A stretch of DNA of 64,000 nucleotides from Negativicutes bacterium (GTDB taxonomy: Bacteria; Bacillota; Negativicutes; UBA1444): positions 1 to 64,000 of the forward strand of contig CAXXIN010000017.1 in the NCBI GenBank assembly GCA_963665275.2, given 5' to 3'. A program made the translations under genes and the position numbers. Below are positions 41,708-50,286 of this stretch, one piece after another (the stretch's first letter is position 1; every line of letters starts with the position of its first letter). A model generated the notes under the pieces. It did no database searches. It was not told the origin of the DNA and was given only the letters and a program-made list of their open reading frames with translations.

Positions 41708-42045
41708 CGTGATTCCGCCTCCTTTTGATCTTTCCCCAGAAAGATATCCCGTATGACATCCATCTTGCTTCGCCCTTCATAATCAATACCCAATCGAATG
41801 GCTTCATCGACCGTCATATCCCAAGGCATTTCTGACAACAGAGCATAACTATAAATCGGCGAAGAAAAATAACCCTCCATCACCGTTCTGTCAGCGACAA
41901 GTTCTGCATTATCTATTACAGAACTGACGGACAAGGGTGTTGTTGCCGCTTCATCCAGCATTCCCATCAGGGGCGCCACCTTATTCAGCAACTTTCCCAT
42001 TCCCTTGCATGACAAAAAATCGCGTCGGCTCATCTGTTGAGGCAT
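41704..42045 (-). CDS. Hypothetical protein (113 aa) with SRRDFL twin-arginine-like motif
   Basis: First gene after the sigma54 promoter; translationally coupled to the next ORF. Confidence 0.7.
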   Translation of the reverse strand: MPQQMSRRDFLSCKGMGKLLNKVAPLMGMLDEAATTPLSVSSVIDNAELVADRTVMEGYFSSPIYSYALLSEMPWDMTVDEAIRLGIDYEGRSKMDVIRDIFLGKDQKEAESR

Positions 42046-42097
42046 CCCATTTCACCATCCAAACTTATTGAAATCTTCAGTATACTTTCCTTATATA

Positions 42098-42113
42098 TGC
42101 AACATTCATGCCA
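42098..42113 (-). promoter_or_regulatory. Sigma54 -24/-12 promoter
   Basis: TGGCATGAATGTTGCA on the minus strand, about 52 nt upstream of ATG 42045. Confidence 0.8.
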
Positions 42114-42240
42114 CTTGATGGAAACCTCGACCAATCCCATATTTCCGCCATTTCATTTGGCAAGGGCTTATTCAATCTGTTGATGTTTCGTATGCTTTTT
42201 ACTACATCCCCGGTCTTTCGCGTGGTAGTTTTCCTACAAT

Positions 42241-42275
42241 AAAAAAACCTCTGGCGGCATGGCAACCACCAGAGG
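42241..42275 (-). terminator. Terminator of the permease-MBL operon
   Basis: CCTCTGG...CCAGAGG stem followed by T7 on the minus strand. Confidence 0.7.
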
Positions 42276-42313
42276 AACTTGCTTCATTTAGTTTTTGTTT
42301 TAAGTTCTTAGTT

Positions 42314-43147
42314 TCAGCACTCGATTACGGTCCCGACAAATGCGGAAATATACTTAGTCCCAAACCGTGCGTAGAGAGCCGCCATCATGGGAAAACCTGT
42401 ACAATGATTCGCCGCCACAAAATCAGGATTCCAGTCCGCCAGCGCTTTAATTGTCTGCTCTTGCTGTTCGGCGGAAACCGGACCGAGATGAGTTCCACCG
42501 ATCCATCCTGCCAAGCGTGTGGCGCCTGTAACTGCGAATCCGTGCCGCGCTGTATTCACCAATCCCGAATGAGCGCAACCACCGATAACGATCAAATCCT
42601 TACCCTTTAAATAGTAAAGACTCATGTCATCTTCGATTTCATCCTGGCAATCACAACCGTCATGCTCCAGAACGAGTCGTGCGTCACCTTTTTCATATTG
42701 CGTTACATGCGGTACTTGGCCGCTAAGCCATAGGTTATCGGCAAGCTGAACTGGTTTGTCACTCAAATGCCACTCGGCACCAAGTCCTGACAGTTGCTCC
42801 TGCGTGTATGGGACTCCAATGTATTGCCGCAATCCTCCCGCCGTCGAAAAACGCGAGGAAAAAATGTTCGGGTGAGCATAAACCGGCATATTTTTTCGCG
42901 CGTGCGACAAAACATGATACAAACCACCGACGTGATCATAATGCCCATGGCTGACAACGGTCATATCGATAGAGTCCGCCTGCGCACCAAGCAAACTCAA
43001 GTTGTTTAAAATTGCCGCTGACTGACCGGAATCCAACAAGATACGTTTGCCTGCATGCTCGATTAATAACGAAAAACCATGTTCCCCCAGAAACGGTCGT
43101 TTGGCGCTGATTGGAACAGTGTTATCCATTGCTACGGTAATTTTCAT
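42314..43147 (-). CDS. Cytoplasmic MBL-fold metallo-hydrolase (COG1237-like)
   Basis: GEHGFS, LLDSG, SHGHYDH, GGCAHSG, GGTH, NHCTG. Confidence 0.88.
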   Translation of the reverse strand: MKITVAMDNTVPISAKRPFLGEHGFSLLIEHAGKRILLDSGQSAAILNNLSLLGAQADSIDMTVVSHGHYDHVGGLYHVLSHARKNMPVYAHPNIFSSRFSTAGGLRQYIGVPYTQEQLSGLGAEWHLSDKPVQLADNLWLSGQVPHVTQYEKGDARLVLEHDGCDCQDEIEDDMSLYYLKGKDLIVIGGCAHSGLVNTARHGFAVTGATRLAGWIGGTHLGPVSAEQQEQTIKALADWNPDFVAANHCTGFPMMAALYARFGTKYISAFVGTVIEC

Positions 43148-43203
43148 GGTCTATAACCTCCTCATTCCCCAATCGCCAGTGTAGTTTATCGTTCTGCGCT
43201 GCT

Positions 43204-44541
43204 CTATCCTACGATCATGCTGAGCGCCAAAACCGCAAACAGCCCAACAACCGAGGCAATGGTCGTTGATAAGGTATACGTTTTGAACAATTCGCCCATG
43301 GACATGCCAAAGTACTCCTTCACGAACCAGAACCCCGGGTCATTGACATGTGACAGTCCGATCGCGCCTGCACCGATAGCAACAGCAATCATCGCCGGAT
43401 CAACGCCCGGATACATCGGCAACACCGGTGTCACCAATCCTACCGCAGTAATCATGGCTATGGTGGCGCCACCTACCGCGAATCGCATCACCAAGGCAAC
43501 GGTCCAGGCCAAGATCAACGGATTGATTCGCCACGCCATCAGGATTTCTTTAATGGCCCCGCCGATCCCACTGTCCATCAGAATCTTGTTGAATGCGCCG
43601 CTGGCGCCGATGATGAGCAAAATAGCGGCCATCGGACCGATTGCGATTTCACTGTATTTCTGCAATTTCGCCATATCCATGCCTCGATTAAGCCCCAGTG
43701 TCCAATATGATAGAAACACCGAAAGGAACAACGCAGTAACCGGGTCGCCGATGAAATTGATGTACACCATTGCCGGATGCGCTTTTCCCAGGACAAACTC
43801 CAGCGCGGTTTTCGAAATCATCAATAGCAGCGGGAATAAAATCGTAAACAAGGTAATGCCAAAGGGTGGCAACTTGTCTTCCGGCGTCGGCTCCGCATTG
43901 CACAAATGCGCAGGCGGGTTCAGAACAAACCGATTGCCGAGAGCTTTGGCAAAAATCGGACCGGCGACCGCCGCTGCAGGCAAGCCGACAAGGAGGCCAT
44001 AGAAGATCACTTTCCCCAGATCTGCTTTGAGGCCGACCGCGACAGCTGTGGCTGCCGGATGCGGCGGCACGATGCAGTGAACCGTCAGCAGACCGATGAT
44101 CATTGGAATACCGATGGTGACCAGCGACATGCCTGCCTCAATGGCAACGCAATATAGCAGTGGCATTAGCAAAACAATTCCCACCTGAAAAAAGACCGGG
44201 ATTCCGCAAATGAATCCGACAATCATCAATGCCCAGTGGGCATTCTTCTTGCCCAGTTTGTCGATCAGGGTACGAGCCAACCGTTCTGCGCCGCCGGATA
44301 CTTCCATCATTTTTCCGACGATAGCGCCGAGGGCGAGGATCGGAGCCAACATGCCCAAGAAACCGCCCATGCCGCCTTCAATGGACCCCAGTATCTTCGC
44401 GAATGGCATGCCTGTGGTGAAACCGATGAAAAAACAGGCTGTTAAAAGAGCCACGAATGCGTGAAGCTTGATGCGAACCGTTAAAAAGATAATCAGAGCG
44501 ATTGCCAGAAATAGAATTACCAACATTCCAGTGGTACCCAT
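43204..44541 (-). CDS. GntP-family permease, DsdX-like
   Basis: 445 aa; GKMMEVSGGAER, HCIVPPHPAA, SHVNDPGFW. Confidence 0.88.
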   Translation of the reverse strand: MGTTGMLVILFLAIALIIFLTVRIKLHAFVALLTACFFIGFTTGMPFAKILGSIEGGMGGFLGMLAPILALGAIVGKMMEVSGGAERLARTLIDKLGKKNAHWALMIVGFICGIPVFFQVGIVLLMPLLYCVAIEAGMSLVTIGIPMIIGLLTVHCIVPPHPAATAVAVGLKADLGKVIFYGLLVGLPAAAVAGPIFAKALGNRFVLNPPAHLCNAEPTPEDKLPPFGITLFTILFPLLLMISKTALEFVLGKAHPAMVYINFIGDPVTALFLSVFLSYWTLGLNRGMDMAKLQKYSEIAIGPMAAILLIIGASGAFNKILMDSGIGGAIKEILMAWRINPLILAWTVALVMRFAVGGATIAMITAVGLVTPVLPMYPGVDPAMIAVAIGAGAIGLSHVNDPGFWFVKEYFGMSMGELFKTYTLSTTIASVVGLFAVLALSMIVG

Positions 44542-44760
44542 CTTGTCGCCTCCATTTCTTTGTACAACATGCTGTCAACTTACCTTCTGAGAAACAGTGC
44601 CTCCTTATTGCCAAACTTTCTTCTGTGTACCATAATATAAGCAATAACGAATTATCGCAATTGACGCATTATACCAGATTATTCTTCGTTGGCTCTGTTT
44701 TTATGTGCAATATGCTGAACAATTGCAAAATCCATCTGGAATTTGTTTGGAGGATACCGT

Positions 44761-45957
44761 ATGATCATCAGTGAAGAGCTGGCGCAACGCATTGTGGATT
44801 CAGCCATGCTGCTCGTTCATCGCAACGTCAACATCATGAACCGCGATGGAGTAATCATCGCTACCGGACATCCCCATCGCCGCCGCACCTTCCACAAAGG
44901 CGCCAAAGATGTCATCGAAACAGGTATGGTCATCGAAATATACCCCAACCAACTCGATTTATATCCCGGAGCTCTGCAGGGAATCAATCTCCCCATCGTT
45001 TTCGACGAACAGGTAGTTGGCGTCATCGGCGTCTTCGGTGTTCCTGACGAAGTTCGTGATACGGGGCGATTGGTCAAAGCCATAACGGAACTGATTCTTG
45101 AACGCGAATTGCTGCAGGAAGAAACCCGCTCACGCTATAAACTACGCGAACAGTTCCTGGAAACCGCACTCTCCAAAGAGGCGCCAGTAGCATTGCCTAA
45201 ACTTAAACGACTGGCAAAGGCGATGAACTTCAACCTTTCCCTGACTCGTGCAGTATCCATAACCAATGTTGCCCCTTTCATGCAAAATGCCGTTTCAAGC
45301 TATGGCTCCTCAGAGCTTGTACTGGAACGATCCACGGAGGCTATTTTAAAGCACATTGAACAAACCGGTCTTGTAAGCGAGCAAGATATCGCCGTTATTT
45401 GGGATGAAAAGCTGATTGTGCTGAAAACATTTTCGGCAACCGGCCAACCAGAGCAAGTCAGAGATTGGGGAAGCTCTCTCCTGAACAGCCTGCACTCTCT
45501 CAACCCTGAAATCATCTGCTGCGGCATTGGCGGCAGCCTAGACTCCGTCTGTTCCTATGAGGCTTCCTATCAGCAGGCGCGTTATTGCCTTCACGCTTGT
45601 TGTTCGTCGCATCCGCTGCGGATAATTTCCGACCGAAAACTATTGCTTGGCTATACCCTGATTGAGTCGATGGGGGTACCAGTTATCGCAGCACTCGCTT
45701 CTTTAACCTGCAAGTTCCGCGATTTTCTCGATAAAAAAATTGATGGACGAAAAACGTTGGAAGCCTTATTGGTTGCCAATTTAAACCTTAGCAGCGCTTC
45801 AAACACGCTTCATATCCATCGAAATACCCTGATGTTTCGCCTGGAGCAATTTCAGTCGATTACCGGTCTTGATCCGGCTCACAATTTTGAGGATGCCGTG
45901 TTGTGCCGAATTATGCTGGAACAAACTGAACAAAGAGAAAAAGGATCCCTGTCATAA
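44761..45957 (+). CDS. CdaR/SdaR family regulator (sugar-diacid recognition plus PucR HTH)
   Basis: LAQRIV...NVNIMNRDGVIIA, GINLPI, LHIHRNTLMFRL; divergent from the permease. Confidence 0.88.
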   Translation: MIISEELAQRIVDSAMLLVHRNVNIMNRDGVIIATGHPHRRRTFHKGAKDVIETGMVIEIYPNQLDLYPGALQGINLPIVFDEQVVGVIGVFGVPDEVRDTGRLVKAITELILERELLQEETRSRYKLREQFLETALSKEAPVALPKLKRLAKAMNFNLSLTRAVSITNVAPFMQNAVSSYGSSELVLERSTEAILKHIEQTGLVSEQDIAVIWDEKLIVLKTFSATGQPEQVRDWGSSLLNSLHSLNPEIICCGIGGSLDSVCSYEASYQQARYCLHACCSSHPLRIISDRKLLLGYTLIESMGVPVIAALASLTCKFRDFLDKKIDGRKTLEALLVANLNLSSASNTLHIHRNTLMFRLEQFQSITGLDPAHNFEDAVLCRIMLEQTEQREKGSLS

Positions 45958-46180
45958 TTTGCTACGACGGAACCCCTCTTTGATCGGCCTTTTTTTAGAT
46001 AAATTATGAAAACTTATGCCCGGGACAGCTTGACGGGATTATATTCACATTCAAAAAAGCCAGACGAAAATTGAAGTTCATACTCTAATGGCGGCAACAA
46101 CGACATAGCCATTTTTAGCGGTTACCTGCGGCATTCGTGCCTAAAGCCAGGTGCGAAAGTTAAGTTATGAAGTTCCAGCG

Positions 46181-47860
46181 TTAGACTAACTCAGATCTCC
46201 GTTGGCAATCGCGCAGTCGTGGCGCCGAATCGACTAATAGGCGTGTATAGGGATGAGTAGGATTTGAAAATACCACACTCGACAACCCCATTTCCACAAT
46301 ACGCCCGTCTTTGAGCACAATAGCCCGGTCACTTATTTTACGCGCCAGGGCAATATCATGTGTGATAAATAGCAGCGCCAGTCCCCGCATATCCTGCAGC
46401 CGCATCAGCAACCTGACAACTCTCGCCTGTACTCCGGCGTCCAGCGCCGCCGTGATCTCATCGGCAATCAGCAGTTTCGGTTCCAGGATTAGGGCCCGTG
46501 CGATTGCGACTCGCTGCGCTTCGCCGCCACTAAGCTGATGGGGGTAACGACGCAGAAAAGCATCGGTGGCAGGCAGATCCACCTCGTTCAGGGCTCGCCG
46601 AACCTTCTCCTCCCGCTCTGCGTATGATCCCCGTTCATGAATGTCTAGCGGTTCCCTTACAATTTCACCGACACTCAATCTATGACTGAAAGCATCCTGT
46701 GGATTTTGAAACACGAGTTGAATCCGTTCATAAAACTGATGCCGTTCCCAGCCGTCTTTCCCATCAATCCGAAATGCTCCACCGTCCGCCGGCCACAATC
46801 CCATCAGCGTTTTAGCCAACGTCGTCTTGCCGGAGCCGCTCTCCCCGACAAGCGCCAAGGTTTCTCCTTCATACAGAGTCAGCGAAATATCTTCCAGAAT
46901 CGTCCGGCCCTCCAACTTTTTTTGCAAACCCGCGACTTCAAGCATCGGCACAATCCCGCTGCGGTGGCAAGCTATGGCGCGCCCATCCGATATGGTTTCC
47001 AGTGCCGGAACCTCCGTATCACACCTCGCAATCCGCTGGCTGCAGCGTGGATGAAATGCACAGCCGCCAACATTGCTCGCGGCATGCCCGGGAATGCACT
47101 GAAGATCTTTGAAGGTCGTCATATCGGGATATGCCCGCAGCAAAGCACGAGTATAGGGATGTTTCGGCGCATCGAACACTTCAGTGCTCGATCCCATCTC
47201 CACGATACGCCCGGAATACATGACCGCCACCGTATCCGCAACTGTCGCCGCCGTCGCCAGATCGTGAGTAATTAAGAGATTGGTCCGTCCTTTCAACGCC
47301 GTTCCCAATACTTGAAGAACCTGCGCTTTACTGAGCGGGTCCAACGAAGACGTCGGCTCATCCAAAATCAGCAATGAGGGTTCGTTCACCAGCGCCATCG
47401 CAAGTAATACCCGCTGCTGCTCACCGCCACTCAGCCGATGCGGGTGCAGTTCATGCCGCTCCACAGGCAGCCCCACTGCTATGAGCATCTCCACAGCCTT
47501 CTTCCCGGCCGTCTCCTTCGCCACCGGAAAGTGAACCGTCACGCTTTCTGCCACTTGATCGACTGCCGTGTACAGGGGATGCAGCACTTCTCCGCCATTC
47601 TGATGAACCATGGCTACACCCCGGCCTCGGATATCCCGCAGTTCTTTTTCGGTTAGGCTGAGTAAATCCTTGCCCTGCCAGTGCGCCGTCCCTGTCACCG
47701 TATCTCCGGCAAGTCGTAGCAAACTACGTCCCAGCGTCGTTTTTCCGGCGCCGGATTCGCCAATAACCGCAAGGGTCTCCCCTTGTTTGACCGTCAGGGA
47801 AATCCCGTGCAAAATCTCTTCCGTTCCATAGGCGACCTTTAAATTTTCAATCTGAAGCAT
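46181..47860 (-). CDS. Fused DppD/DppF-type ABC ATPase (nickel/peptide)
   Basis: Two NBDs (GESGAGKT, GESGSGKT), LSGG twice, GCAFHPRC, HPYT. Confidence 0.92.
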   Translation of the reverse strand: MLQIENLKVAYGTEEILHGISLTVKQGETLAVIGESGAGKTTLGRSLLRLAGDTVTGTAHWQGKDLLSLTEKELRDIRGRGVAMVHQNGGEVLHPLYTAVDQVAESVTVHFPVAKETAGKKAVEMLIAVGLPVERHELHPHRLSGGEQQRVLLAMALVNEPSLLILDEPTSSLDPLSKAQVLQVLGTALKGRTNLLITHDLATAATVADTVAVMYSGRIVEMGSSTEVFDAPKHPYTRALLRAYPDMTTFKDLQCIPGHAASNVGGCAFHPRCSQRIARCDTEVPALETISDGRAIACHRSGIVPMLEVAGLQKKLEGRTILEDISLTLYEGETLALVGESGSGKTTLAKTLMGLWPADGGAFRIDGKDGWERHQFYERIQLVFQNPQDAFSHRLSVGEIVREPLDIHERGSYAEREEKVRRALNEVDLPATDAFLRRYPHQLSGGEAQRVAIARALILEPKLLIADEITAALDAGVQARVVRLLMRLQDMRGLALLFITHDIALARKISDRAIVLKDGRIVEMGLSSVVFSNPTHPYTRLLVDSAPRLRDCQRRSELV

Positions 47861-48669
47861 GCGTTCCCTCCAGTCCTGTCCCTATCAGTGCAAACGCGAG
47901 CACCAGCGATGTCACGGCAATCCCAGGCGGAAGCAGCCACCAGCCCCATACGTCTAGATAGGTGAACGTCAACGCTTGCTGAATCATCCGACCCCAACTC
48001 TGCGCTGTCGGGTCGCTAATGCCGAGGAAAGCGAGCCCCGCCTCCAAAAAAAACGGCCCTCCGGGCGTCATGAATCATCGCCGCCGACAACACCGGGGCC
48101 AAATCCGGCAAAACATGCCGCCTGAGCAAGTACCAACGCCCCGCGCCAAAAGTGCGCGCAGCCGTCACCGGCCCGGATTCCCTGAGCAATAGCGTCTGGG
48201 ACCGCAGCAATCGTCCCGTTCCCGGCCAGAAGAAAAACGCAAGGATTCCAATCAAGGTGACCGACCCCGGTTGCAGATAGGCGGCAGCAAGCATCGCGGC
48301 CAGAATCGGCGGAATGACCAGTCCGACATCCATCATTCGGACAGTCACCCGCTCCACCCATCCGCCGAGAAATGTTCCACCCGCGCCGAGCAGCGCGCCG
48401 AGAAAAGCCGAAGTCAAGGCGGCCCCCATCGCCACCCCGAGAGAGGTCTTCGCTCCTGCCATGAGTTGGGATAGCAGATCCTGTCCCACATCATTCGTCC
48501 CAAGCCAATGAGTCGCCGATGGTGGCGAAAAAGCCGTCCCCACGTACGCATCCGGGGCATACGGCGTAACAAAAAAACCGGCCAGCGCAACCGCTGCCCA
48601 AAAACAAAAGAGATATAAGCCCAATCGTCCGGGTCCCGCTCTCAGCCTTTTTCCGTATTGGATATGCAT
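47847..48669 (-). CDS. DppC/NikC-type ABC permease, split by a +1 frameshift in an A8 run (48046-48053)
   Basis: HWLGTNDVGQD...ARRAVF and LEAGLAFLG...WGRMI join in frame if one base of the homopolymer is removed. Confidence 0.85.
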
Positions 48670-49634
48670 ACAGTCTTTACCCTCGGATCCAGAATAGGAT
48701 ACAGCAGTTCCGCCAAAAAATTTACAACCAGCACTGTCACTGAACTCAACAGCAAAATCCCCTGCAGCAGGGGATAATCCCTGGCGGCGAGCGCCCGTTG
48801 CAACAAGGTTCCCATGCCGGGGTAGCCAAAAACGACCTCGATCATCAAAATGCCTGCGAACAAATGGGACAGGTGCAATCCCGTCGACGTAGCTGCCGGC
48901 AGCAGCACGCTCCGCCCCAGATGACGATAACGAATGGCGCTCTCATCACACCCCTTGCTCCGGGCTGTGCGAAGGAACGGCGCCCGCAGCAAGCTGGCGG
49001 CAGAGTTGCGGCAAAGCAGGTACATAGTCGTCATCCGTGCCAAAACCAATGAGGCCAGCGGCAACATTAAATGCCGCAGCACATCCAGCCCCCAGGCCAT
49101 GCCCGATAACCCCCCGTACACTGTGACCGCTCCTCCGAGCGGAAACAGCGGCCAGATCACTGCAAAGCCCAATAACAACAGCGCACCGACAAAAAAATCC
49201 GGCACGCCGCCGATCAGCATCAATCCGACGAACAGTCCCTTATCCCAACGGCTTCCTTTGCGCGATCCACTTTCCAGTCCGAGAACAAAACCACCCACGC
49301 TGGAGAGTAGCAACGAGGCTCCTGCCAATAGGATCGTCCATGGTAAAAACCCCACCATGACTTTGACAACTGGCGCGTTGAAAAAATACGACCACCCAAG
49401 GTCCGCCTGCAGCAAAGATCCGATATAGGCGCTAAACTGCTCTGCCCAGGACTGGTCCAGCGCAAAACGCCGATAGATCTCCGCTTTCATTTCCGGCGTC
49501 ATCTGCAGTAACGCTTCTTCGCCATAAATGGCCAGAAAGGGGTCACCCGGCAGCAAGCGCGGCAAAACAAACCCCAATGAGCAGAGGATGAATAACGCGA
49601 TCAAATAATCCGCCAGCAGCTTGGAAACCCTCAT
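48642..49634 (-). CDS. DppB/NikB-type ABC permease
   Basis: LPRLLPGDP, TARSKG, EVVFGYPGMG, RDYPLLQG, LDPR. Start taken at MRVSK. Confidence 0.9.
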   Translation of the reverse strand: MRVSKLLADYLIALFILCSLGFVLPRLLPGDPFLAIYGEEALLQMTPEMKAEIYRRFALDQSWAEQFSAYIGSLLQADLGWSYFFNAPVVKVMVGFLPWTILLAGASLLLSSVGGFVLGLESGSRKGSRWDKGLFVGLMLIGGVPDFFVGALLLLGFAVIWPLFPLGGAVTVYGGLSGMAWGLDVLRHLMLPLASLVLARMTTMYLLCRNSAASLLRAPFLRTARSKGCDESAIRYRHLGRSVLLPAATSTGLHLSHLFAGILMIEVVFGYPGMGTLLQRALAARDYPLLQGILLLSSVTVLVVNFLAELLYPILDPRVKTVCISNTEKG

Positions 49635-49653
49635 CCCATCCTCCTGACCGAAA

Positions 49654-50268
49654 CTACCAGCCCCGGTGGTACGGATCGGCGCAGGAAAGACAGACCTTCC
49701 GGCCCTCGACGAGGCGTATCCGCGGTTCCATCGTAACTTCGCCGCAGGCTTCACAGGCAATGGAGTCAAAAATCCTGGCCCGTTCCGGCATGGCATAAGT
49801 CGGTTTTTTGCAGTCAAACATTTCCTCATCCGCAACTGTCAGCATCTGATTCATCCGCTGGTTCTTCTGCGCTTCGAACTGTGCGTTTTCTTCCGGTGTG
49901 GCATTTCCCTGCATGACTTTTTTTCTCAGCGCGATACCCTCTGGCGTATTCGCCCCAACTTGCCCTTTATATACCAGCCGTACTGATTTTTGCGTATCCC
50001 GGCGGAAAATAGTGAACGCATGCTTACCCTGGTCGCGAAAAATCAGATTGCCTTTGCCAATCGTGCAGCCGAGCATCCACTGAATCGCATCCACGCCGCA
50101 AGCGTCGTTCTCCACAACCGCCACCAGTTCCTCGTCTTTGTCCCTGCGGATGTCCAGTTCCTTCGCAGCCAATTTCGCCGCCCGATAGCCGATGATCAAA
50201 CCGGGGCAGATATGTCCGTGAAACCGGACCACCTCTTTTAATTCTTCAGGAACTTCAAATTTTTCCAT
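49654..50268 (-). CDS. FmdE-family protein with C-terminal CxxC...CxxC zinc finger
   Basis: FHGHICPG, ENDACGVDAIQ, CTIGKGN, CEACGE...CLSC. Confidence 0.88.
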   Translation of the reverse strand: MEKFEVPEELKEVVRFHGHICPGLIIGYRAAKLAAKELDIRRDKDEELVAVVENDACGVDAIQWMLGCTIGKGNLIFRDQGKHAFTIFRRDTQKSVRLVYKGQVGANTPEGIALRKKVMQGNATPEENAQFEAQKNQRMNQMLTVADEEMFDCKKPTYAMPERARIFDSIACEACGEVTMEPRIRLVEGRKVCLSCADPYHRGW

Positions 50269-50286
50269 AGTACTAGCCTCCTTCGA

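Noticed and set aside
48046-48053. Phase variation or programmed frameshift in the ABC permease
   Set aside because: A single extra base in an A8 run in an assembly with other homopolymer errors; sequencing error is more likely.
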